Assembly (NCBI GenBank): GCA_964625085.1
Contig: CAZVAJ010000008.1
Span: 19,394 to 38,481 of the forward strand
DNA length: 19,088 nt
From: Candidatus Micrarchaeota archaeon
GTDB lineage: Archaea > B1Sed10-29 > JAJSAI01
Reading direction: 5' to 3'
Shown here: positions 1-8,623 of the stretch, piece by piece
Layout: each line of letters begins with the position of its first letter
Numbering within the stretch: position 1 is the stretch's first letter
The notes under the pieces: model-generated
The model's input: only the letters and a program-made list of their open reading frames with translations
Database searches by the model: none
What the model was told of the DNA's origin: nothing
Program-made: the position numbers and the translations under genes

Positions 1-66
1 TGCAGTGTGGAAAAACCAAAGGATTTTAGTGTATGATCCTTCGAAAAAGCCAAACGTGAGAGGCCA

Positions 67-81
67 CGTAACCATTTAATA
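67..81 (+). promoter_or_regulatory. Putative BRE-TATA promoter of the MBL hydrolase gene (likely leaderless)
   Basis: CGTAACCATTTAATA ends 23 nt before ATG 105. A 13/14 identical motif (CGTAACCATTAAAT, minus strand 18527-18540) lies 24 nt before the nreA start. Confidence 0.5.
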
Positions 82-104
82 CTTCCTCTGTCTTTTTACC
101 TTTC

Positions 105-764
105 ATGCTGATTGAAGGAATCAACGTAAAATGGCACGGGCACGCTACTTTTTCCTTTAACTGGGAAGGCAAGGTAGTCTACACTGATCCTTTTGTCATT
201 CCAGCATCTCCAGAGAAAGCAAGCCTGGTCTTGGTGACCCACTCCCATTATGATCACTGTGATCCTGACAAAATCAGGGCAGTTTCAGGGCCAGAGACTA
301 AAGTCGTGTGCCCTCCTGACTGTCTGGAAAAACTACCGGGCTCAGAATGCATTCCGATCTCTCCTGGAAAAGAAATAATGGTAGCAGGGATCAAAGTGAA
401 AGCAGTGCCAGCGTATAACACCAACAAGTTCAAAGCGCCTGGAGTCCCTTTCCACCCGAAAGAAAATAACTGGGTAGGCTACCTGTTTACTCTTGGGCAA
501 ACAACCTTCTACCACGCGGGCGATACGGACAAGATTCCTGAGATGAAAGAACTTGCAGGAAAGGTGGATGTTGCCATGCTGCCTGTTGGAGGCACTTACA
601 CGATGAACCTGCAAGAAGCTGTTGAAGCAGTAAGTATAATAAGGCCGAAAGTGTTTATCCCAATGCACTACAACACTCTTCCAGGCCTAGAGCTTAAAGA
701 ACAAGAGATAAGGAAGGCGTGCGAAAACTTGAATTCAAAGCTTGTGATAATGGAGGTGGAATAG
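105..764 (+). CDS. MBL-fold metallo-hydrolase (UPF0173/UlaG-like, beta-lactamase superfamily)
   Basis: WHGHATF, TDPF, THSHYDHCD (HxHxDH), YHAGDT, LPVGG.YTM and PMHY motifs. Confidence 0.93.
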   Translation: MLIEGINVKWHGHATFSFNWEGKVVYTDPFVIPASPEKASLVLVTHSHYDHCDPDKIRAVSGPETKVVCPPDCLEKLPGSECIPISPGKEIMVAGIKVKAVPAYNTNKFKAPGVPFHPKENNWVGYLFTLGQTTFYHAGDTDKIPEMKELAGKVDVAMLPVGGTYTMNLQEAVEAVSIIRPKVFIPMHYNTLPGLELKEQEIRKACENLNSKLVIMEVE

Positions 765-765
765 A

Positions 766-978
766 ATGAAATCATTTGAGGAGATAAAAGAAGGCCTTGG
801 CCAAGCTAATGAAAAGCTAAGGAACGTTAACCCTGACGAGCTTGACGAAAAGCTCTTGGCAAGCGTTGTGGACAACCTGATAGACCTTGTGACATCGCTC
901 ACTGAACGGGTTAACCTGCTTTCAGAAAGAGTGGAAGTACTCAGCGCTAAAGTGCAGATTGAAAGCCAAGAACAGTAA
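766..978 (+). CDS. Small acidic coiled-coil hypothetical protein
   Basis: 70 aa with Leu/Val heptads. Strong SD GGAGGTGG at 752-759. Starts 1 nt after the upstream stop. Confidence 0.75.
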   Translation: MKSFEEIKEGLGQANEKLRNVNPDELDEKLLASVVDNLIDLVTSLTERVNLLSERVEVLSAKVQIESQEQ

Positions 979-982
979 ACCG

Positions 983-1003
983 AAACTTTTTAAAACCCCT
1001 TTC
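983..1003 (+). promoter_or_regulatory. BRE-TATA promoter, copy 1
   Basis: AAACTTTTTAAAACCCCTTTC upstream of ATG 1024. 19/21 identical to 3115-3135. Confidence 0.6.
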
Positions 1004-1023
1004 TATTTCTATGTTTGTTGAGC

Positions 1024-2247
1024 ATGCCTAATGATCTTGTTACGTATATTAAAACTTCCCTTGAAAAAGGGGTTAGTAAAGAAAGAGTAATAGACGAGCT
1101 CGTGAAAAGAGGATATACTGAAGATCAGATTGTAACAGCATTCAAGCTCGCGACCCAACCTGCTCCTTCAAAACCCTTGCCTGCAGCTCCCTCAGGTTCT
1201 TCTACAGGACCAGCAGTTCAAACTACAGGCCCTACCCCTGCTACTCCAACGTTGGTTACACCCACAACACCCAGCCAACCCCCTGCAAAACAAACAACCC
1301 CTACTACACCCTTCACTATCCCTTCAACACCAACACCTATTACTTCAACTACTCCTGCTCAACCAAAGCCCGTGTTACCTAAACAGGGCCCCATGCCCGT
1401 AAAAAAAGCAGGTTCAAACAAACTCCTGATGGCGATCCTCATACTTGTGGGTATAGGGATTGCGGCGTTTGTTATCCTGCCAATGTTTTCAGGTTCTGGG
1501 CTTGCAGGTTATGAGTATGTTCCAAAAAGGGCTACGGACGTTTTTGTGATCAATGACGTAAATTTTGCTGAGGAGCTGAATGAGAACGAGAATATTTCTG
1601 TCGGGAGATTGTTGTATGAACGAGAGTTTAAGAAGCTGGATTTTGCTGACCAGCTGATCGCGTTTAAGTATAAGTGGGATGACGAATTAGGACAGTTTTT
1701 GGTGATCACAGGAGATCCTTCAAAAGCAGAGGATTACTTTAAAGACATGTGCGATGAAGGGGAAGTTGACACTTCTGATGATATTGTTACCTGCAGTTTT
1801 GATCATGGCTACTGGACTGAACATTACTACTTGGCGAAGATAGACGCCAACCATGTTCTCATGACTCCTAAAGAAACACTTGGTTCTCATGTTGCACGTG
1901 GGCAATCGTGTAGTGAGGAGCATTTTAAAAGCATGCTTGAAATGTATCCTTTAGATGAAGATGACAAATATGATCTTTCAGAGCTTTCAGAAGTGTCAGA
2001 TATCCTGTCCATGCCCATCTCAGGCGTTTCAAAGCAAAGTGGGACCGTATCAGTAGTCGGGATCTCAAAGGATGTTATTATGGTCGGAACAGATTTTGGA
2101 AGTAAAGATAAGGCGATGGAGACAATAGAGACCATGAAAGCAGTAGAAGAGATAACAGGGAAGAACATGAGCACAAGTCGGAGAGGAACATGGGTAGTCC
2201 TGCGCCTTGAGGGCACAGACTTTTATACAGTGAACGCCTACTACTAG
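1024..2247 (+). CDS. Single-pass membrane protein: N-terminal small helical domain, Pro/Thr-rich linker, TM helix, extracellular domain (paralog 1 of 3)
   Basis: ATG 1024 preferred to TTG 1015. P/T-rich stretch about 1156-1410. TM LLMAILILVGIGIAAFVILPMF preceded by KK/K. C-terminal domain aligns with the next two ORFs. Confidence 0.85.
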   Translation: MPNDLVTYIKTSLEKGVSKERVIDELVKRGYTEDQIVTAFKLATQPAPSKPLPAAPSGSSTGPAVQTTGPTPATPTLVTPTTPSQPPAKQTTPTTPFTIPSTPTPITSTTPAQPKPVLPKQGPMPVKKAGSNKLLMAILILVGIGIAAFVILPMFSGSGLAGYEYVPKRATDVFVINDVNFAEELNENENISVGRLLYEREFKKLDFADQLIAFKYKWDDELGQFLVITGDPSKAEDYFKDMCDEGEVDTSDDIVTCSFDHGYWTEHYYLAKIDANHVLMTPKETLGSHVARGQSCSEEHFKSMLEMYPLDEDDKYDLSELSEVSDILSMPISGVSKQSGTVSVVGISKDVIMVGTDFGSKDKAMETIETMKAVEEITGKNMSTSRRGTWVVLRLEGTDFYTVNAYY

Positions 2248-2259
2248 ATAGGTGAGAAT

Positions 2260-3096
2260 ATGGATAAAAGAATACTTCTACTATCTGCTTTCCTGTTAAT
2301 GGGGGTTGTTTTTTTCTCGGGGTGTGTTGAAACAGGAGGCAGTGGCCAGACAAATGAAACAGCTGAACAAGCAGCTCCTCAGCCAGCAGGTTTTTACACA
2401 TACATCCCTGGCGGAACAAAAGCACTCATAATGATTAACGACTTTGGCATGATGGATGAAGTATCAGTAGATCCCTCTTCGAAAGAACTGATGCAGGAAC
2501 TAAGCTCCAAACTGGATAAAGTGGCCCTGTTCGAGTACATGAGCAACCCGTACATTGTCACAGAAGGGGATTCTGAGAAGCTGGTCTCCTACCTTAAACA
2601 AGAGTGTGTTCAAGAGAACGGAAGCATTTCAGAAGATGGGAAAGTGTCTGTTTGTAACCTTCTTAGCTCAAGACAGTACTTTGCAGCAATAGACAACAAC
2701 CATGTTCTTATGGCTTCATCGACAACAGGTGCAGGTCTTGGAATTTCTTTAAGCGATTTCAAGTCGGTCTACTCCCAGTATCCTTTGAAGAGCTATCTTG
2801 ATCCTGCCCCATTAGAAGATATTGCAGGTATGGGTGCAGTAGTTTACGGTGCACATGAGAGTACTAACGGGACTCAGAAAATGTGGATAGGGTACTCAAA
2901 TGGCATAATGAAAATGGCGATGAGCACAGGCAGTTCAGCAGATGCTGCGAAGTACGTTGACGAGTTTGAGAAAAACAAGGCAGAGAAAGGAAACCCGCTT
3001 GGAATAACAGAGTCCTCAGCGCAGCAGAACGGAGAATGGGCGATCATTACCCTAAAAGGAGACATCTCCCAACTTGCTCAGACAGGATCCCCGTAA
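2260..3096 (+). CDS. Predicted lipoprotein with the shared extracellular domain (paralog 2 of 3)
   Basis: MDKR + hydrophobic core + lipobox FSG-C. SD AGGTGA at 2250-2255. Sequons NET, NGS, NGT. Confidence 0.85.
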   Translation: MDKRILLLSAFLLMGVVFFSGCVETGGSGQTNETAEQAAPQPAGFYTYIPGGTKALIMINDFGMMDEVSVDPSSKELMQELSSKLDKVALFEYMSNPYIVTEGDSEKLVSYLKQECVQENGSISEDGKVSVCNLLSSRQYFAAIDNNHVLMASSTTGAGLGISLSDFKSVYSQYPLKSYLDPAPLEDIAGMGAVVYGAHESTNGTQKMWIGYSNGIMKMAMSTGSSADAAKYVDEFEKNKAEKGNPLGITESSAQQNGEWAIITLKGDISQLAQTGSP

Positions 3097-3114
3097 GAAA
3101 TAGTTATTTTCCCA

Positions 3115-3135
3115 AAACCTTTTAAAACCCTTTTC
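3115..3135 (+). promoter_or_regulatory. BRE-TATA promoter, copy 2
   Basis: AAACCTTTTAAAACCCTTTTC upstream of ATG 3159. Near-duplicate of 983-1003. Confidence 0.6.
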
Positions 3136-3158
3136 CTTCATCTTGTTCTGGTGGTTCA

Positions 3159-3935
3159 ATGACAGTTAAAAAAAAGAGGGGGAACAAGCAATTTATTCTT
3201 CCATTAAAAGCTGTGATAGGAATTCTTATGATTGCAGGTGTTTTGGCTATCCTTGTGGTTTTTTTATTGCCTGAGAACAACCTGTATGATTATGTTCCAA
3301 AAGATTCTTTGGGCTTTGTTGCGTTTAACGATTTTTCTGCGCTAAACAGCGAGTTCAGTCAAGGGTATTTTCCACAGATGGAAAACATGGGCTCTGTTGC
3401 GTCAAGAGCAGTGGTGTTTGAACATAACGGTTATATCTTCATGCTCCTGGAAGGAGATCCTTATAAGATAGAAAAATACTTTCAGGACCAATGCAGCACA
3501 ACACCTTCTAAAGAAGATGGAATCGTCTCATGTAATTTGGGGGGCCTTCAAGGGCACGGTGCAAAGGTCGACGGCTCTCATTACATAATAGGCCCTCTTG
3601 AGGTTAGTGTAGATCGTTTCAAAGTGTTCATGGAATCATATCCTTCTAAGGAGCACGTTGACTTATCCGTGGTTAGTGATGTTGCGAGCATGCCTTTGGT
3701 GGTCTACTACAAGCAGCCGGGCACCGCAGAACTTGTGGGTTACTCTGATGAAAAGATTATGTCAGCGACCAATGCAGGCAGCGAGAAAGACGCGCAGGTC
3801 CTTGCTGAGGAATTTAAGGCTGAGAACGTGACCATGAACCCCTACATTACAAGCTATACTGTCAGTTTAAGGGGTGTTTGGGTTGTCACCGAGATCAAGG
3901 GGAATGTTTCAGGACTCGTTTCTCAGGCGGGCTAA
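3159..3935 (+). CDS. N-terminally TM-anchored protein with the shared extracellular domain (paralog 3 of 3)
   Basis: KKKRG basic N-terminus, hydrophobic AVIGILMIAGVLAILVVFLL, then YDYVPKD domain. Sequons NVT, NVS. Confidence 0.85.
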   Translation: MTVKKKRGNKQFILPLKAVIGILMIAGVLAILVVFLLPENNLYDYVPKDSLGFVAFNDFSALNSEFSQGYFPQMENMGSVASRAVVFEHNGYIFMLLEGDPYKIEKYFQDQCSTTPSKEDGIVSCNLGGLQGHGAKVDGSHYIIGPLEVSVDRFKVFMESYPSKEHVDLSVVSDVASMPLVVYYKQPGTAELVGYSDEKIMSATNAGSEKDAQVLAEEFKAENVTMNPYITSYTVSLRGVWVVTEIKGNVSGLVSQAG

Positions 3936-3944
3936 AATTTCAGT

Positions 3945-5159
3945 TTAGGAGTGTTTTGAGTGTCTTTCAATAAACCTTTGCATTCTTTGAAATCCTTTTT
4001 CTATTCTTTCTTCGGTTTCTGACACGAACGTAAGCCTGACATGTCCTTTACCCTGAGCTCCGAAGAACCTGCCTGGCACTACCACTACTTTCTCTTCTTT
4101 CAACAGCATGTCTGCAAACTGCAATTCATTCATGTTCATCCTTTCAAGGTACTTGTTTATGTCAGGGAAAAAGTAAAATGCTCCGTTCGGTTCAGAGTAG
4201 TTTGCTTCTGCCAGGTACTGGTCAATGCACTCTTGCATTTTCTCTTTCCTTGCCTTGTAAGTTGGGATCACCACTTTTGACAAGTACTCTCTTTTTATCT
4301 TTCCTTTGTTTTCCAGGAATTTTCTGACAGCATACTGTGCGGTTCTGCTTGGTGTTAGAGTAGTGGCCTGTTTTATCTCACTTATCTTGCGGACTACTTT
4401 CTCAGGCCCGTACAAGTAGCCTATTCTGAGTCCGGGAACGCTGGCTGTTTTTGAAAACGAGCAGCATGTGATCGTTTTTTCTTCTGCCCCATAACACCTG
4501 GAGTTGGTGAACTTTCCTTTGAACACTATGTGCTTGTATATATCATCAGTTATCAGCCAGAGGTCATGATCTTCTGCAACGTCTGTTAGAAATTTCAAGC
4601 TGTCCTTGTTGTACAACGTGCCTGTAGGATTATCTGGGGAGGCTATGAGTATTGCTTTTGTTTTTTTCCCAAGCGCTTCTTTGACCTTTTCTTGATTTAT
4701 CTGAAAGTCCTTTTCCCATGTTGTCGGGATCATTACTTCCTTTGCCCCTGTGAGTTTTATTGGCTCCCTGTAACCCAAGTAACTGGGGTCTGACGTGATT
4801 ATCTCATCCCCTGGGTCTAACAAAGTCTGGAGGGTGACGTACAAGGCTTCTGTTCCTCCTGTTGTTATGCTTATGCTGTCTGCTGGAATGTCTATCTTTT
4901 CCCATTCTTTGAGGTCGTCTGAAATGGCTTGTCTTGTTTTAGGCAGCCCGATAGTGCTGCAGTATGCTGTTGTTTTCTGAGGGTTCTCTTTCACCCTTCT
5001 GCACATTTCTTCAAGCACTTCTTTTGGGGGTGTGAGACTGGGTGCTCCTCCTCCAAAGCTTATCATGTCTGGGTCAAAGCCTGCCTTTTCAATCATTGCT
5101 GCCAGCTTTCTTATTGGTGAGCCCATGTAATTTTTTGACCTTTCAGAAATATCAGGCAT
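3945..5159 (-). CDS. PLP-dependent aminotransferase class I/II (aspartate/aromatic/alanine aminotransferase-like)
   Basis: ITTGGTEAL, SPDNPTG, TDDIY, SFSK (PLP lysine), GLRIGY, PNGAFYFF, VVPG..FG, HVRLTF. Confidence 0.93.
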   Translation of the reverse strand: MPDISERSKNYMGSPIRKLAAMIEKAGFDPDMISFGGGAPSLTPPKEVLEEMCRRVKENPQKTTAYCSTIGLPKTRQAISDDLKEWEKIDIPADSISITTGGTEALYVTLQTLLDPGDEIITSDPSYLGYREPIKLTGAKEVMIPTTWEKDFQINQEKVKEALGKKTKAILIASPDNPTGTLYNKDSLKFLTDVAEDHDLWLITDDIYKHIVFKGKFTNSRCYGAEEKTITCCSFSKTASVPGLRIGYLYGPEKVVRKISEIKQATTLTPSRTAQYAVRKFLENKGKIKREYLSKVVIPTYKARKEKMQECIDQYLAEANYSEPNGAFYFFPDINKYLERMNMNELQFADMLLKEEKVVVVPGRFFGAQGKGHVRLTFVSETEERIEKGFQRMQRFIERHSKHS

Positions 5160-7425
5160 GTTTTTTCAACCCCTTTTCTGTTCGTGAAATAATCCGCTTG
5201 GTTTTTTCAACAGCATCCGGGTTTACTGACACTGAATCAATACCGTGTTTCACCAGAAATTCTGTGAACTCAGGGTAGTTGCTTGGGGCTTGCCCACATA
5301 TGCTCACAGTCTTGCCTTTTTTGTGCGCTTCTTTTATCAGGTGCTTGATTGCTCTTTTTACTGCTTCGTTCCTCTCATCGAATAGGCCCATCTTTCCGAG
5401 GATCTGAGAATCTCTATCTACTCCGAGGATTAACTGGGTAAGGTCATTAGATCCTATTGAAAAACCGTCGCATAAATCAGCGAACTTGTCAGCCAGAAAA
5501 ATGTTGCTGGGAACTTCTGCCATCAGCCACAGTTTGAAGTCCTTTCCAGGTTTTAGTCCTTCCTCTTCCATTATCTCTTTTACTTTTTTTACTTCTTCAA
5601 CAGTTCTTGGGAAAGGCAGCATGATGTGCACGTTCTTCCATCTCCGGAGCACTTTTTTTACTGCTTTCAACTCCAGCCTGAACGCGGGCTCGTACTCTGG
5701 AGAGATGTACCTTGAGCAGCCTCTCCACCCCAGCATTGGGTTTTCTTCTGCTGGTTCGTACTTTCCTCCCCCTTTTAGTTCTCGATACTCGTTGGTCTTG
5801 AAATCAGACAACCTTAGAACGACGGGTCGGGGGTAAAATGCTTTTGCGACCATGCTCACTCCTTTTGAAAGCCTGTCCACGAACAGTTTTTCTTCTCCTT
5901 TTTCTATAAGAGATAAAGGATGTTCTTTTACGTACGTTGCCAGTATGAACTCTTCCCTCATTAACCCTACGCCGTCTGCTGGTTTTTTGGCAATTTCCTT
6001 TGCTATTTCAGGGACTCCGAGGTTAACGTAGACCTTTGTTTTTGTTTTAGGTACAGGTTCTTCATGTTTCTTTTCTTTGTGGCTTTTTAGTATTCCTTCA
6101 AGCACGAGGCCTTTGCCTCCATCTACTGTTACTTTCTGTTCTTCTTTGAGCACTTTTGTTGCATTACCCGTGCCCACGATACAGGGAATGCCGAGTTCTC
6201 TGCTTACTATTGCAGCATGGCTTGTCATTCCTCCTGAATCTGTTATGATTGCTGATGCTTTTCTCATGGCTGGAACCATGTCAGGGCTTGTCATCCATGT
6301 TACTAGGATGTCTCCTTTTCTGATCTTTTTGATTTCTTTAGCACTGTGAATTATTTTGACCTTGCCGGCTCCTATCCCCGGGCTTGCTGAAAGCCCTTTT
6401 AGGATTATCTTGCCAGCTACTGTGCCTTCTGCTCTTGCTTTTTTCAGGGACCAGACAGTTTCAGGCCTGCTTTGCAGTATCATCAACTGGTTGGTTTGCC
6501 TGTCAACCGCCCATTCTATGTCTTGGGCTTGTTTGTAGTGTTTTTCCAGTTTTATTCCGTACTTGGCAAGTTCTTTGACCTGCGCGTCTGAAAGAACCTG
6601 CTTTTTTACCATGCTTTTAGGAACCTTCTTTTGTATAACTCCACCTCCTTTTTTACGAACGAGCATTATCCTTTTTTCCGGAATGCTTTTCTCAATTATT
6701 CTCATTGTTTTTTTGTCAACAAAATAGTCATCAGGAGTCACTTTCCCCTGCACGATGTATTCTCCTAAGCCCCAAGCGCCTTCTATCAGAACTTTTGTCG
6801 TGTCCCCGTTCCTGACGTCAAGAGTAAACATGACTCCTGAGCACAGGGAGTCCACCATGAGCTGGACTCCTGCAGATAAGTGAACTTTGGAGTGGTCAAA
6901 ACCTTTCTGTATCCTGTAGAATATTGCCCTGTCCGTGAACAGGCTGGCGTAGCATTCCTGCACTTTTTTGACAACATTTTTTCCGCCTACCACGTTCAGG
7001 TACGTTTCTTGTTGCCCTGCAAAACTAGCTCCTGGAAGGTCTTCTGCTGTTGCGCTTGACCTTACAGAAACGTACGCTTTTTTTATCCCCTCTTTTTTGG
7101 AAAGTGTCTCGTACGCTTTTTCTATGCTTTCCTTAAGATCTTCAGGCATTCTTGCTTCTAGGATCATGGTCCGTATTTTTTTTCCAACAGCTTTTAGTGT
7201 CCGGGTGTCGTTAGGATTTTTTATCTTGTCAAGTTCTTTCTGTATCCTTGGCCAGAGATTGTTTGAGCGTATGAAGTGCTGGTATGCTTCGGCTGTTACC
7301 GCAAAACCTGTTGGCACTGGGATTTTTGCTTTGTTGAGCATTTCTCCAAGATTAGCGTTTTTTCCACCCACTTTTGGCAGGTCTTTTTTGGTTATTTTCT
7401 CGAACGGAAGTGTGTATTCTTTCAT
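5152..7425 (-). CDS. ppsA: Phosphoenolpyruvate synthase (pyruvate, water dikinase)
   Basis: VGGKNANLGEM, VRSSATAEDLPGASFAGQQETYLN, QSRPET, GGMTSHAAIVSRELG (phospho-His), ENPMLGWRG, FSIGSNDLTQ, SICGQAP. No intein. Confidence 0.97.
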   Translation of the reverse strand: MKEYTLPFEKITKKDLPKVGGKNANLGEMLNKAKIPVPTGFAVTAEAYQHFIRSNNLWPRIQKELDKIKNPNDTRTLKAVGKKIRTMILEARMPEDLKESIEKAYETLSKKEGIKKAYVSVRSSATAEDLPGASFAGQQETYLNVVGGKNVVKKVQECYASLFTDRAIFYRIQKGFDHSKVHLSAGVQLMVDSLCSGVMFTLDVRNGDTTKVLIEGAWGLGEYIVQGKVTPDDYFVDKKTMRIIEKSIPEKRIMLVRKKGGGVIQKKVPKSMVKKQVLSDAQVKELAKYGIKLEKHYKQAQDIEWAVDRQTNQLMILQSRPETVWSLKKARAEGTVAGKIILKGLSASPGIGAGKVKIIHSAKEIKKIRKGDILVTWMTSPDMVPAMRKASAIITDSGGMTSHAAIVSRELGIPCIVGTGNATKVLKEEQKVTVDGGKGLVLEGILKSHKEKKHEEPVPKTKTKVYVNLGVPEIAKEIAKKPADGVGLMREEFILATYVKEHPLSLIEKGEEKLFVDRLSKGVSMVAKAFYPRPVVLRLSDFKTNEYRELKGGGKYEPAEENPMLGWRGCSRYISPEYEPAFRLELKAVKKVLRRWKNVHIMLPFPRTVEEVKKVKEIMEEEGLKPGKDFKLWLMAEVPSNIFLADKFADLCDGFSIGSNDLTQLILGVDRDSQILGKMGLFDERNEAVKRAIKHLIKEAHKKGKTVSICGQAPSNYPEFTEFLVKHGIDSVSVNPDAVEKTKRIISRTEKGLKKHA

Positions 7426-7447
7426 GCTATTCTGGAGGAGGGTATTG

Positions 7448-7461
7448 CTTAAAATCTTTTC
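7448..7461 (-). promoter_or_regulatory. Putative BRE-TATA of ppsA, overlapping the upstream gene's stop codon
   Basis: Minus-strand GAAAAGATTTTAAG ends about 22 nt before ATG 7425. No SD in between. Confidence 0.5.
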
Positions 7462-8549
7462 TTTTCAAATACTGCGAATTCTCTTGCCACAACCCTCTTT
7501 TTTCCAGGTTCTCTTTCTTCGTCTATGATGGTTTTATGCATCCATCTTTTCTTCTGGTTTTTTGGAATCTTTTTGAAGGGGTCTGCTAGCTTGAAGCCTT
7601 TGAATTCTGGTCTCTGCCTGATGAACCTGCCTTTCTTGGACATTATTGCAGGAAGTACTATCGCAACCTTTCCATTATCGCACAGGGCTTTCCACGCGGA
7701 TTCCATGAACCTTGAGTACATATTGTGCAGGTATTTCTGTATCGTTTCGGCATCTTTTTTTGGTACCGGGTTTGTTAAGGGTGGTCCAAGTTCTGGTTCT
7801 GTTGCTATTGCGTCTATGCCAGAGAATTTTTCATGAATTTTTCTTGCATCGCACACTTCGGCTTTGATCTCGGTTTCACTGTTGTACTTCTTTTTAGCCC
7901 ACTTCATGTTTTCTAGTGCGGCTTCAACTGCTTTTTTGTTTTTATCGCTTGCTATCACCTCTTTTACGCCGTTGACAATTGCTTCTATAGGTATTGTGCC
8001 GCTTCCGCAGAAGGGGTCTAGCATGTTATCTCTTGCTTTGGACAGGTTTACCAGGATCATGGCCCTGCTGGGGGCCATTGTAAGACCTATCCGGGCAGGT
8101 TTTTTCATGTCTCTTCTTGCCTGTTCAAAGGGATTGTTAACTGCTATTGTTTTTCCTATGTAGAGTTTGTCCGTGCCTTGTATTACAACTTCTTCCCTGA
8201 TTCTTTTTTTGAGCAGGTCTGCAGGAGAATACACGCCTCCTTTTTTTGTCTGCCATTTCTGCTTGAATGTAGAGAGTAGGGTGTTCTCAGCGTGCAGGCT
8301 TCCCGGCTGCCCGTGTGGGGGGTAGTCTGCAAGATCTTTCTTTTTTATTTTTTCTTCTATTCGGCATATTTTTAGTGTTCCTCCAAGCAGGTCAGCGTAT
8401 TTGCCCAGGTCTTCTTGTGATTGTACTATTAGACCATACAATGAGACATCATATACCTTGTACTCTGTTTCAGTTTTATCAAGGAATGCTAATGCTTCTG
8501 CTATGCTGAGGCCAGGGTTCTTTCCGGGCACGAGCGCCTGTAGTTCCAT
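7449..8549 (-). CDS. Class I SAM-dependent methyltransferase, Trm11/TrmG10-like (putative tRNA m2G10; UPF0020 type)
   Basis: A.ILVNLS, LDPFCGSGTIPIEA (motif I), ASD, CDAR. Motif IV appears as TEPELGP. Confidence 0.75.
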   Translation of the reverse strand: MELQALVPGKNPGLSIAEALAFLDKTETEYKVYDVSLYGLIVQSQEDLGKYADLLGGTLKICRIEEKIKKKDLADYPPHGQPGSLHAENTLLSTFKQKWQTKKGGVYSPADLLKKRIREEVVIQGTDKLYIGKTIAVNNPFEQARRDMKKPARIGLTMAPSRAMILVNLSKARDNMLDPFCGSGTIPIEAIVNGVKEVIASDKNKKAVEAALENMKWAKKKYNSETEIKAEVCDARKIHEKFSGIDAIATEPELGPPLTNPVPKKDAETIQKYLHNMYSRFMESAWKALCDNGKVAIVLPAIMSKKGRFIRQRPEFKGFKLADPFKKIPKNQKKRWMHKTIIDEEREPGKKRVVAREFAVFEKKRF

Positions 8550-8565
8550 GAACTATATACCATTG

Positions 8566-8580
8566 GAAAGGTTTTTAAAA
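8566..8580. promoter_or_regulatory. Probable bidirectional TATA element between divergent genes
   Basis: GAAAGGTTTTTAAAA on +. On - TTTTAAAA ends 23 nt before ATG 8549. Confidence 0.5.
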
Positions 8581-8623
8581 GGCAGGTTCGGACAAAGGAA
8601 CAGATCATTTAGGAGGTTTAAGA

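Noticed and set aside
1..79. Possible 3' end of an upstream + strand gene (frame 2 open to TAA 77-79; frame 1 stops at 36)
   Set aside because: Too short to choose a frame or assign a product.
1156..1410. ACA/CCT/ACT-rich quasi-repeats
   Set aside because: Low-complexity Pro/Thr codons; no fixed unit or spacers, so neither a CRISPR array nor a tandem DNA repeat.
3159..3270. KKKRG N-terminus as a class III (archaeal pilin) signal peptide
   Set aside because: The Gly is followed by polar NKQ rather than an immediate hydrophobic stretch; better read as a signal-anchor.
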